Origin: a plasmid | Direction: 5' to 3' (one strand) | DNA length: 64,000 nt | Assembly (NCBI RefSeq): GCF_988243305.1 | Contig: NZ_OZ547139.1 | In this document: piece by piece, positions 42,771 through 54,270 of the stretch | Numbering within the stretch: the first letter of the stretch is position 1 | How the letters are laid out: the number at the start of each line of letters is the position of its first letter | Translations under genes and position numbers: made by a program | Notes under the pieces: generated by a model | What the model was told of the DNA's origin: nothing | The model's database searches: none | Seen by the model: only the letters and a program-made list of their open reading frames with translations

Positions 42771-43418
42771 TTAACCCATGACAGCGATACCAAGACGTTC
42801 CAGGAGCAACGATGCCTGGTAGCTGTCCAGTTTGACGCCTTGCAAATCAACCCCGCGGATATCTAAATCGCCCAGTTCCGAATTGGTCAAATCACAGTGC
42901 GTAACGTTTGCTGCTCGCCAGTCGAAGGATGAAAACTCGCCGCCAGAGAGGTCTGATCCACTGAACGTTGCGCCCAGCACCTGAGTACCCATCCAGCGGT
43001 TTTCCCACAGCTCGCACTTTTCCAGTACGACTTTTGAAAAGTTGGCGTAGCTTAAGTTGGTATTGGTGATATAGGCGCTACAAAACCAGGTGCGGGTGGT
43101 GATCATATTCATAAAACTTGCGCCGCGAAAATCTGACCCTTGTGCCCGGCAGTGGCGAATTTCGATTCCCAGCGCATTGATATTCCTGAAATCAGCCATG
43201 GAGAGATCACAACTTTTGAAAATGGCATCTTTCAGGTTAGCGCGACTAAAATTACATCCTTTCTGACTTTCTCGATCATAAAACTGGCAGCCAATAAATT
43301 CAGTGCCGCTAAGGTCGGCACCCGAAAAATCACAGTTGAAAAATGTGCTATTTTCAACTTTTTCACCGGTGAACCTGTTTCTGTCAATTTTTTCGCCAAC
43401 TAACGCCAGAGTCATCAT
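42771..43418 (-). CDS. qnrB: QnrB pentapeptide-repeat quinolone-resistance protein (QnrB4-like by context; allele not verified)
   Basis: MMTLALVGEKIDRNRFTGEKVENSTFFNCDFSGADLSG... is the QnrB family; linkage to the psp operon and blaDHA is typical of qnrB4. Confidence 0.9.
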   Translation of the reverse strand: MMTLALVGEKIDRNRFTGEKVENSTFFNCDFSGADLSGTEFIGCQFYDRESQKGCNFSRANLKDAIFKSCDLSMADFRNINALGIEIRHCRAQGSDFRGASFMNMITTRTWFCSAYITNTNLSYANFSKVVLEKCELWENRWMGTQVLGATFSGSDLSGGEFSSFDWRAANVTHCDLTNSELGDLDIRGVDLQGVKLDSYQASLLLERLGIAVMG

Positions 43419-43425
43419 GATTAAC

Positions 43426-43441
43426 CTGTTTTTTTATACAG
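43426..43441. promoter_or_regulatory. LexA box upstream of qnrB
   Basis: CTG-N10-CAG (ctgtttttttatacag) lies 8 nt upstream of the start. SOS regulation of qnrB is established. Confidence 0.8.
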
Positions 43442-43497
43442 TGATTGCAACATGGTAAACTGTTTTAACTCTCGCGTCCAACGTCTGCCCCTGCACG

Positions 43498-44472
43498 CTA
43501 AATTTGGTGTTTCTTCAGTAATGCGCGGAGTTGATGGTAGGTCAGACCTAATAATTCAGCGGCTTTTTTCTGATTAAATTTCGCCTGCTGTAAGCTGGTT
43601 TGCAAAAATTCCTTCTCCTGCTGCTGTTGGAATTCACGCAGATCCAGCGGTAGGGTTACTGATGTATGTCTGGTTTCTTGCGCCAGCGGCGGTGCGGCGT
43701 GACGCCTGAACGGGTCAATCACAATCTCATTCAGTGGGTAATCGCTGGTCCCGTGTCGGTATACCGAACGCTCCACGACGTTTTTCAGTTCACGAATATT
43801 GCCCGGCCAACGGTAGTGGAGGAGCGTTTCTTTGGCCTCATCGGTGAACCCAGGAAACAACGGTAACCCGATCTCACGGCACATCTGAATGGCAAAATGT
43901 TCAGCCATTAACATGATATCGCTTTGACGTTCGCGTAACGGGGGAAGTTGCACCACGTCAAAGGCCAGACGATCCAGCAGGTCGGCGCGGAACGTGCCTT
44001 CACTCACCATGCGTGGCAGGTCGGCGTTGGTTGCGCAAACCAGTCTTACATTGACCTGCAGAGGTTGGCTACCGCCTACGCGTTCCAGCTCTCCGTACTC
44101 AATAACGCGCAGCAGTTTTTCCTGTACCAGCATCGGGGCGGTTGCCAGTTCATCAAGAAACAGTGTGCCGCCATCGGCGCGCTCGAACCGACCTGGGTGA
44201 CGTTTCTGCGCGCCGGTAAAGGCGCCCGCTTCGTGCCCAAAGAGTTCGGAATCAAGTAAATTTTCGTTGAGCGCGGCGCAGTTAAGTGAAATAAACGGGC
44301 CTTGCCAACGGGTTGAGAGGTAGTGCAGGCGGTTGGCGATAAGCTCTTTCCCTGTTCCTCGTTCCCCAATGACCAGCACAGGTTTATCCAGCGGCGCGAG
44401 ACGAGAAACCTGCTCCAGCACTTCAATAAAGCTGTTCGCTTCGCCCAGCAGATTATCTTTGTATCCTGCCAT
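43498..44472 (-). CDS. pspF: PspF sigma54-dependent activator (324 aa from MAGYKDNLLGE)
   Basis: Near-colinear with E. coli PspF (GERGTGKE, GAFTGA, C-terminal HTH). Confidence 0.9.
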   Translation of the reverse strand: MAGYKDNLLGEANSFIEVLEQVSRLAPLDKPVLVIGERGTGKELIANRLHYLSTRWQGPFISLNCAALNENLLDSELFGHEAGAFTGAQKRHPGRFERADGGTLFLDELATAPMLVQEKLLRVIEYGELERVGGSQPLQVNVRLVCATNADLPRMVSEGTFRADLLDRLAFDVVQLPPLRERQSDIMLMAEHFAIQMCREIGLPLFPGFTDEAKETLLHYRWPGNIRELKNVVERSVYRHGTSDYPLNEIVIDPFRRHAAPPLAQETRHTSVTLPLDLREFQQQQEKEFLQTSLQQAKFNQKKAAELLGLTYHQLRALLKKHQI

Positions 44473-44571
44473 GATGAAATTCACCATTTGTTAGTGTTAT
44501 TCACCAATTTACCCTATTTATCCCGACAGGTAAAATTAGTTATTTTCAAATATTTCAATGAATTAAAAAGT

Positions 44572-44587
44572 TGGCATGCGAAGTGCA
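44572..44587 (+). promoter_or_regulatory. sigma54 -24/-12 promoter of pspA
   Basis: TGGCAT-gcgaag-TGCA matches the TGGCAC-N5-TTGC pattern. Confidence 0.75.
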
Positions 44588-44591
44588 TTAG

Positions 44592-45311
<720 letters not shown>

Positions 45312-45365
45312 TAATATCTGGCGGTGCCCGAACGCGCCGCCGCTCATCACCTGTAAGGAGTACTC

Positions 45366-45590
45366 ATGAGCGCGCTATTTCTGGCCATCCCGTTAACCAT
45401 CTTTGTGCTGTTCGTCTTACCGATTTGGCTCTGGCTGCATTACAGCAATCGTTCCAGTCGCGGCGAGCTGGCGCAAAGTGAACAACAGCGTCTGGTAGAA
45501 CTTAACCAGGACGCACAGCGGATGCGTGAGCGCATTCAAGCGCTGGAAGACATCCTTGATGCTGAACATCCAAACTGGAGGGACCGCTAA
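45366..45590 (+). CDS. pspB: PspB
   Basis: 74 aa, MSALFLAIPLTIFVLFVLPIWLWLHY. Confidence 0.9.
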   Translation: MSALFLAIPLTIFVLFVLPIWLWLHYSNRSSRGELAQSEQQRLVELNQDAQRMRERIQALEDILDAEHPNWRDR

Positions 45591-45949
45591 TGGGGGGCGT
45601 TAATCTGAATAAAAAACTGTGGCGTATACCGCAGCAGGGCATGGTGAAAGGGGTTTGCGCGGGTATTGCGCATTATCTCGATGTTCCTGTGAAACTGGTG
45701 CGGATCCTGGTGGTGCTGTCCATCTTTTTTGGTCTGGCCTTTTTCACCTTTGTCGCCTACATCGTACTGACGTTTGTGTTGGATCCGATGCCAGACAACG
45801 TGGTTTCCGGAGAACAGCAGCCATCAAGCGGTGAGCTATTGGATGCTGTCGATCGTGAACTGGCTGCAAGTGAAAAGCGTTTGCGTGAGATGGAGCGTTA
45901 TGTAACGTCTGATACTTTTACATTACGCAGCCGCTTCCGCCAATTGTGA
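45590..45949 (+). CDS. pspC: PspC
   Basis: 119 aa, [29 protein letters not shown]. Confidence 0.9.
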   Translation: MGGVNLNKKLWRIPQQGMVKGVCAGIAHYLDVPVKLVRILVVLSIFFGLAFFTFVAYIVLTFVLDPMPDNVVSGEQQPSSGELLDAVDRELAASEKRLREMERYVTSDTFTLRSRFRQL

Positions 45950-45957
45950 GGTTAGAA

Positions 45958-46188
45958 ATGAATAATCGCTGGCAACGTGCCGGGCAAAGGGTTAAGCCGG
46001 GCATTAAAATAGCAGGTAAGCTGGTGCTACTGACTGCGCTGCGCTATGGCCCGGCTGGGGTAGCAGGGTGGGCGGTGAAGTCCGTGGCCCGACGTCCGCT
46101 AAAAATGTTGCTGGCGTTAGTATTGGAACCTTTGTTGAGCCGGGCAGCGACAAAATTGTCGAAACGCTATTCAGGTAATCAACCCTGA
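45958..46188 (+). CDS. pspD: PspD
   Basis: [38 protein letters not shown]. Confidence 0.85.
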   Translation: MNNRWQRAGQRVKPGIKIAGKLVLLTALRYGPAGVAGWAVKSVARRPLKMLLALVLEPLLSRAATKLSKRYSGNQP

Positions 46189-46350
46189 TATCCGAAACAA
46201 CAAAAGCAAGCAACATTTAGTCAACATTCCCCCAGTTAATTTGCGGCAGAGTAGTCTCTTGTGTCATGGGATCGCTACCAATAGAAATGAAGGTGAAAGC
46301 GACAGACTCCATTATGCAGGTATCGGTGTGAATTACGCATTCTAAAATGC

Positions 46351-46380
46351 ACTGGGGCATTGTTATGCCCCAGTTTTTAT
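46351..46380 (+). terminator. Rho-independent terminator downstream of the psp operon
   Basis: 10-bp stem actggggcat/atgccccagt followed by T5. Confidence 0.7.
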
Positions 46381-46522
46381 ACCAGTGAGTCGGCTAACGA
46401 TATTTGTGTACCCACGGTGATATTTTGTAAACCTTTCTCACCGGCAATCAGGCTAAATAATAAATTACAGCTTTGTTCGCCGAGCTGCTGGGTTGGGACA
46501 TCAATGCCTCCCGGCACGGGCG

Positions 46523-47344
46523 TCAGCATAAATGACAACAGTTCATTACAGTGACGGTATACGGCACCGGCTTGCCGTCACGGGTCATAGACAGACGCGA
46601 TTCCAGATTTTTGACATCAGCGGGGGCATTGAAGGTCAGGCCGATAATGGCGTGTTTTTTCATCGGATCTTGCGGATCCTGATAGAACTCCGCCCGGCCG
46701 CCGCGATAATAAAACTCAGGGGTGGTAAAGGTTTTTTGTTTCTCTGTTAACGCCACCTGCGGAGCCAGCAGTGTTTTGGCATCCATATCGACGGTGTAGG
46801 TTTTCCCCATCGGGAAGGTTTTTTTCGCCGTGAATACCAGCTTACGGTCATTACGCCACTGCCACTCACCTTCCATTGCGGGGGTCAGGGTAATACCGGC
46901 GGTGACCGGTTTACCGATCAGCGTTACCGGTGCGGCAGAGCGGGAGAATGTCACCACCACAATCTGCGCTGAATTATCATCACGGTTATAATTAACCGCC
47001 GAAGGGCGCTGCACAGACGCGGAAATATCCTGCACCACCAGCGGCGCAACATCCACCGGCTTCGGTTTGTTCTGATACCAGTGCCAGGTGTAATAACTGC
47101 CCGCTGCCACCGCAGCAGTCAGTAATAATAAGGCAGATATGGTTTTCGGATAGCGGTTGCCCCCCCGCTCCAGCCGGGCAAGCTGATTACCGGCAAAGGT
47201 CACCCAGCCCGGCACCGCCCAGCGGATCCGTCCGGTGAACGGGCGCAGCAGAAAACCCAGCAGAGTAAAGAGATAAACAAGACTGCGAGCCGCCAGACGC
47301 AGCAAAATAAAAGGTAAGCGGAGGATAAAACGCAGAACGTCCAT
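46523..47344 (-). pseudogene. N-terminal fragment (~265 aa) of a large membrane-anchored protein, truncated at about 46550; family uncertain (possibly alpha-2-macroglobulin/YfaS-like)
   Basis: N-terminal TM helices followed by beta-rich repeats. The ORF ends in junk codons (..VMNCCHLC). Family assignment is a weak recollection. Confidence 0.4.
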
Positions 47345-47538
47345 GACAACATTTTCCTCTGTGTGTTGAGACTGACATCAGTTTGCCGCAGCACACAGTG
47401 AAATCCGGTTCAGCCGGAAGCTGTCAGTGCCCGATACTCTCATCCTCCATAAAACAGCCCATAAAGCAAATTATTGCATAAGGAATAATCTTAAATTACG
47501 GCCCCGGCGTATCCGCAGGGGCCTGTTCAGGAAAAAAA

Positions 47539-49000
<1,462 letters not shown>

Positions 49001-51059
49001 GAAAAAACGGCTCCGCTCGCTGAAGGATCTGGATAAATCTGCATTGGCGCTCGCCAGCGCATGTTCGTACCTGCTGAAAGAAGAAACACCGGACGAATCG
49101 ATTCGTGCTGAGGTGTTCAGCTACATCCCAAGGCAAAAGCTGGCTGAAATCATCACGCTTGTCCGTGAAATTGCCCGGCCCTCAGACGATAATTTTCATG
49201 AAGAAATGGTGGAGCAGTACGGGCGCGTTCGTCGTTTCCTGCCCCATCTGCTGAATACCGTTAAATTTTCATCCGCACCTGCCGGGGTTACCACTCTGAA
49301 TGCCTGTGACTACCTCAGCCGGGAGTTCAGCTCACGGCGGCAGTTTTTTGACGACGCACCAACGGAAATTATCAGTCGGTCATGGAAACGGCTGGTGATT
49401 AACAAGGAAAAACATATCACCCGCAGGGGATACACGCTCTGCTTTCTCAGTAAACTGCAGGATAGTCTGAGGCGGAGGGATGTCTACGTTACCGGCAGTA
49501 ACCGGTGGGGAGATCCTCGTGCAAGATTACTACAGGGTGCTGACTGGCAGGCAAACCGGATTAAGGTTTATCGTTCTTTGGGGCACCCGACAGACCCGCA
49601 GGAAGCAATAAAATCTCTGGGTCATCAGCTTGATAGTCGTTACAGACAGGTTGCTGCACGTCTTTGCGAAAATGAGGCTGTCGAACTCGATGTTTCTGGC
49701 CCGAAGCCCCGGTTGACAATTTCTCCCCTCGCCAGTCTTGATGAGCCGGACAGTCTGAAACGACTGAGCAAAATGATCAGTGATCTACTCCCTCCGGTGG
49801 ATTTAACGGAGTTGCTGCTCGAAATTAACGCCCATACCGGATTTGCTGATGAGTTTTTCCATGCTAGTGAAGCCAGTGCCAGAGTTGATGATCTGCCCGT
49901 CAGCATCAGCGCCGTGCTGATGGCTGAAGCCTGCAATATCGGTCTGGAACCACTGATCAGATCAAATGTTCCTGCACTGACCCGACACCGGCTGAACTGG
50001 ACAAAAGCGAACTATCTGCGGGCTGAAACTATCACCAGCGCTAATGCCAGACTGGTTGATTTTCAGGCAACGCTGCCACTGGCACAGATATGGGGTGGAG
50101 GAGAAGTGGCATCTGCAGATGGAATGCGCTTTGTTACGCCAGTCAGAACAATCAATGCCGGACCGAACCGCAAATACTTTGGTAATAACAGAGGGATCAC
50201 CTGGTACAACTTTGTGTCCGATCAGTATTCCGGCTTTCATGGCATCGTTATACCGGGGACGCTGAGGGACTCTATCTTTGTGCTGGAAGGTCTTCTGGAA
50301 CAGGAGACCGGGCTGAATCCAACCGAAATTATGACCGATACAGCAGGTGCCAGCGAACTTGTCTTTGGCCTTTTCTGGCTGCTGGGATACCAGTTTTCTC
50401 CACGCCTGGCTGATGCCGGTGCTTCGGTTTTCTGGCGAATGGACCATGATGCCGACTATGGCGTGCTGAATGATATTGCCAGAGGGCAATCAGATCCCCG
50501 AAAAATAGTCCTTCAGTGGGACGAAATGATCCGGACCGCTGGCTCCCTGAAGCTGGGCAAAGTACAGGTTTCAGTGCTGGTCCGTTCATTGCTGAAAAGT
50601 GAACGTCCTTCCGGACTGACTCAGGCAATCATTGAAGTGGGGCGCATCAACAAAACGCTGTATCTGCTTAATTATATTGATGATGAAGATTACCGCCGGC
50701 GCATTCTGACCCAGCTTAATCGGGGAGAAAGTCGCCATGCCGTTGCCAGAGCCATCTGTCACGGTCAAAAAGGTGAGATAAGAAAACGATATACCGACGG
50801 TCAGGAAGATCAACTGGGCACACTGGGGCTGGTCACTAACGCCGTCGTGTTATGGAACACTATTTATATGCAGGCAGCCCTGGATCATCTCCGGGCGCAG
50901 GGTGAAACACTGAATGATGAAGATATCGCACGCCTCTCCCCGCTTTGCCACGGACATATCAATATGCTCGGCCATTATTCCTTCACGCTGGCAGAACTGG
51001 TGACCAAAGGACATCTGAGACCATTAAAAGAGGCGTCAGAGGCAGAAAACGTTGCTTAA
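49001..51059 (+). pseudogene. tnpA: Tn3-family (Tn1/2/3-type) tnpA, 5'-truncated by IS26 (C-terminal ~685 codons)
   Basis: The frame opens at the IS26 boundary and the C-terminus runs into the 38-bp Tn3 IR. Confidence 0.85.
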
Positions 51060-51092
51060 CGTGAGTTTTCGTTCCACTGAGCGTCAGACCCC
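51055..51092. mobile_element. 38-bp terminal inverted repeat of Tn1/2/3 (tnpA end)
   Basis: cttaacgtgagttttcgttccactgagcgtcagacccc is the reverse complement of GGGGTCTGACGCTCAGTGGAACGAAAACTCACGTTAAG. Confidence 0.9.
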
Positions 51093-51130
51093 TTATTTGA
51101 GTAAATGCGATTTCTGCCAGAAGGGCGGCA

Positions 51131-51205
51131 CAAAAAAACCCGACTGGTGAGATCGGGTTTTTATGTTTTGCCCCGGATGGAGGCGGGAACACCTAAACAA
51201 TTGAC
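51131..51205 (-). ncRNA. Candidate ~75-nt sRNA antitoxin (divergent from the toxin; its 5' part is complementary to the toxin leader repeat)
   Basis: Promoter TTGCAT (51240-51235), 17 nt spacer, TAATAT (51217-51212). Terminator hairpin aaacccga/tcgggttt (51136-51160) followed by U7. The body contains the reverse complement of repeat A, which is nearly the complement of repeat B (51359-51395). Confidence 0.45.
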
Positions 51206-51463
51206 GGTTAAATATTACGCCATGAGTGCAGTAAATGCAAACCACCCGGAATAGGGTATACTGCGCGGGTCAATCTGTTGACGTTCTTCTCCAGCCCCCG
51301 CTTACGCGGCGTGAACGGATTAAAGCCCTGGTTGAAAAACAGGTGGTGCTGTTTCAATGCCCTGGCTGGAGTGGGAACATCTAAACAATTGACGTGAGGT
51401 AGCCGCTGTGACAGGCAATGTAAGGGCGATCAGCGGTGTTCCTGCTCTGTATGGAGCAAACGG

Positions 51464-51559
51464 ATGATTAACTTGTTAATCGTCGTTCTGCGGGCTGTTG
51501 TTGCAGTGTCTAACGCTGTGATAGCGGTCCTGGAGCTGATCCGGCAGTATTTTGACTGA
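51464..51559 (+). CDS. Candidate type I toxin, 31-aa hydrophobic peptide MINLLIVVLRAVVAVSNAVIAVLELIRQYFD (DinQ/ZorO-like)
   Basis: GGAG 8 nt before the ATG. A bidirectional terminator at 51575-51604 follows. The core VIAVLELIR resembles DinQ LIALLELIR and ZorO LIAVLELL (from memory). Below the ORF-track cutoff. Confidence 0.5.
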   Translation: MINLLIVVLRAVVAVSNAVIAVLELIRQYFD

Positions 51560-51613
51560 CCGGAAACGTAACTAAAGGCGGGGGGACCACTCCCCGCCTT
51601 TTAACACAAACCT

Positions 51614-52123
51614 TCAGTTTACAGTCTGTTTAGCGGCCGACACCCACTTATACAGACACCCAACCGACAGGTTCAGATCAGCAGCAATTGCCTTAACTTT
51701 TTCCCCCGTTACTTTTCTGGCCTCCATCCTTTTCACGGCTTCAGCCCTGAGCGCTTCTGGTACCACTTTCACTACTGGCGAGTGCTTCCAGATCTGATGT
51801 GTCTGCGCTACGTTTCGCGCAGCCACTTTATGCAGCCTGGTGCTGGTTGCACGTTCCGGGGCGTGCTTCCTTCCTTCAGCCATGAGCGCGAGCTGTTCAT
51901 CGGGATTAATCTCGCCTCGCCGTATGCGGTTCAATACATTCTCTCTGCACTGACGGGAATGGCTGACGCTGGCAAGGGGGGTGTGTAACGGAATAGCCCA
52001 GCGTTCGCGGTATTCCCTGGCGTTCATCTGATGGGTTTTGTTCAGGTGCGGAGCCAGGAACGAGAAGTATTTTCCTCACTCCAGGCATTGAATTTTTTCC
52101 GTTAATTCTTCTTTATCAGCCAT
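51614..52123 (-). pseudogene. Ros/MucR-like zinc-finger regulator fused to a C-terminal HTH, interrupted by an in-frame TGA (52076-52078)
   Basis: AGGAGG then ATG 52123. MADKEELTEKIQCLE*GKYFSFLAPHLNKTHQMNAREYRERWAIPLHTPLAS aligns with Ros [41 protein letters not shown]. The stop codon sits at the second Cys. The ORF track shows only the 137-aa downstream part. Confidence 0.6.
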
Positions 52124-52170
52124 CGTTTGGCCTCCTGATTAACAACGCCGGCAAACGCCGGCGTTCAGGG

Positions 52171-54258
52171 TTACATCTCGATCATCGGAAACAGATCGTC
52201 TTCCTGGTGGTAAAGCACGTCGTCTGTGTCCGTCCCATCAAGCCAGTCAGCGAACAGTTCAAACAGGCACACCGACATTTCCTCCGGTGAAATTGCGCCA
52301 CACTGCAGCTCGTAGAAGACCTCAATTTTTTCCAGCAGGCTGTTGGCCGCTTTGTCGTAGCCGAACAGCTTGATCGGCGGGAAGTGCATTGCATCCGGGT
52401 TCGTTTCCGCCAGTTCATCATCCTTACGTTCCGGATAGATGCTGTACAGCGTCGCCGGCGATGGCGGTAATACCTCGATAAAGCGGTTTATCCGCATCGG
52501 CAGTTCGCTGGAAAACTTCTCATTGTCCGGAATGTAAAACGCTGCGCTGCGTACCAGGGCATCCTGGAAAGAAATTACCCCCTGACCTTCGGTCTGCTTA
52601 CGCAGCTCACGAATGTTCACGCGGTCCTTTTCACGGATTTGGTACAGATCCCCTTCCCGGACCGTTTTGGAAAACGTGCCGTGTTCGGCTTCCTGCCCGG
52701 AGAGCTCTGAATAATAATCCTGGCCGACGGTTTCGCGCAGTATTTCAAAGGTTTTCCGGTCTTCAATCGACTCAAAATATTTCACGCGGGTGTTGGCGAT
52801 CAGCGAATCCACCTCGCCGTTCGCGCCGCGGGCGAGCGACGGGTGATCCTGGGAGGAAAATACGCCCATTTTTTCCAGTGAACGCATCTGCGCACTCAGC
52901 GTATCCATACCGCTGGTGAAATACTGGCCCAGCTCGTCATAAATCAGCCCGTATGGCGCCTGATTATTCAGCGCGTGAGTGAGCAGGACTTCCTCTTTTT
53001 TCCCTTCCAGCTGGTAGCCCAGGTCCTTACTGATGGTCATTCGCTGCAGCGTCACATATAAACGGCCAAGCGTGGCCGCTTCACCGCGTGACAGCTCCAG
53101 CGACGGGATCATGACGATGAGAATGCGGTCATTGTGGAAAATATCGTCCATCCGGATATCGCCGCTGTCTTCCGGAAAAACATGGCCATAAGTTTCATTG
53201 AACAGGGAGAGCGTCTTCAGGAACTGACGGCTCATGTAGTTATGCTGTTCGAAGGCGCGGGCTTCCCACGTTTCCGGGTATTCCGCGTTGGCCAGCAGGA
53301 AGCCTGGTGTATTTTCCAGATAACTTTCCAGCGCGGCGTAACCCTCGCTGTGCCAGCCGTTTTTCTTTGCCTCAACGTACAGCGCGGCCATTGCCGGCAG
53401 CGACATGTTTTTCTGAATAGTGCGCTGTGACAAAAGCAGTTCGCCGCGGGCGCGCTTATAACACAGGGCATTGATCAGCGCCGACATCATGGCTTTTGCC
53501 GTATCCTGCCACTGTGCCGAATCTCCGCCCACCTGGGGGAGCATGGATTCCATCAACTGGATGATGAAGGTCGGCGGGGCAACGCTGAAGAGGTTGACTG
53601 AGTTGGATTGCGCGGGGATGCTTTCCTGCTTCACCAGGTTCACGAACCTGTCAATACTGCCGGTCAGCAGGTTGAGGACGTAATAATCATCCTCACGGCC
53701 GAAACGGCGCGCCAGCGACCAGGTGGCGAAGGCCAGCTTGTTATCTGCTTTACCGTCTGAGAGGCAGTAGCCACGGCACCACAGCAGGAAGTTAACGATA
53801 AACCCATAGAAGGTTTCGGTTTTACCCGACCCGGTGGTACCAAAAAATACCATGTGGCGCAGCAGGTCCGTCATGTTCAGCCACAGCTCGCGGCCGAACA
53901 GGCGTCCCCGCTCATACCCGACATATAAAATTCCCTTCGCTTTCTTTCGCTCCCGGACCTTATGCGGGATGCGAATGGGCCCCAGACGGTATTCCGCCTG
54001 GGTTTCCGTGGTCAGGGTGTCGTCGAACATTTCGCAGTCTTTCGGCATTCGCAGCGGTGGCCGGAATTTACGATCCGTGAATGCCACCATCAGCGGCGGA
54101 AGGATGAGGATGCTCAGCAGCATGGTAAAGGGGAGAAACAGACCCAGCACGGTCAGTATGGCCAGCAGGCCAAACTGTACGTTCGGAGTGAGGAACCACT
54201 CCATGAACGAACCATCTGGGCGGATGACTTTTTTACTGTCTACAGATTCCTGTTGCAT
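52171..54258 (-). CDS. trbC: TrbC, DotL/IcmO-like type IV coupling protein (695 aa)
   Basis: N-terminal TM helices and Walker A FFGTTGSGKTE. Follows trbA-trbB as in I-type systems. Confidence 0.8.
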   Translation of the reverse strand: MQQESVDSKKVIRPDGSFMEWFLTPNVQFGLLAILTVLGLFLPFTMLLSILILPPLMVAFTDRKFRPPLRMPKDCEMFDDTLTTETQAEYRLGPIRIPHKVRERKKAKGILYVGYERGRLFGRELWLNMTDLLRHMVFFGTTGSGKTETFYGFIVNFLLWCRGYCLSDGKADNKLAFATWSLARRFGREDDYYVLNLLTGSIDRFVNLVKQESIPAQSNSVNLFSVAPPTFIIQLMESMLPQVGGDSAQWQDTAKAMMSALINALCYKRARGELLLSQRTIQKNMSLPAMAALYVEAKKNGWHSEGYAALESYLENTPGFLLANAEYPETWEARAFEQHNYMSRQFLKTLSLFNETYGHVFPEDSGDIRMDDIFHNDRILIVMIPSLELSRGEAATLGRLYVTLQRMTISKDLGYQLEGKKEEVLLTHALNNQAPYGLIYDELGQYFTSGMDTLSAQMRSLEKMGVFSSQDHPSLARGANGEVDSLIANTRVKYFESIEDRKTFEILRETVGQDYYSELSGQEAEHGTFSKTVREGDLYQIREKDRVNIRELRKQTEGQGVISFQDALVRSAAFYIPDNEKFSSELPMRINRFIEVLPPSPATLYSIYPERKDDELAETNPDAMHFPPIKLFGYDKAANSLLEKIEVFYELQCGAISPEEMSVCLFELFADWLDGTDTDDVLYHQEDDLFPMIEM

Positions 54259-54270
54259 AGCGGCTCCGGG

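Noticed and set aside
46377-46530. Short minus-strand frame resembling the C-terminal end of a LacI-type regulator
   Set aside because: Only about 50 codons are present, with no N-terminal part and a fortuitous ATG. It is probably a remnant carried along with the psp segment. The evidence is too weak to annotate.
51170-51395. The two ~37-nt direct repeats interpreted as iterons or a second origin
   Set aside because: There are only two copies ~190 bp apart, with no AT-rich region or DnaA boxes nearby. Their relation to the sRNA promoter/terminator and the toxin leader gives a more specific explanation.
52076-52078. Selenocysteine decoding of the in-frame UGA in the Ros/MucR-like gene
   Set aside because: UGA aligned to a Cys is suggestive. 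However, the downstream sequence offers only a weak 5-bp stem and no fdhF-like SECIS hairpin. A nonsense mutation or downstream start is more parsimonious. It is left as a testable minor alternative.
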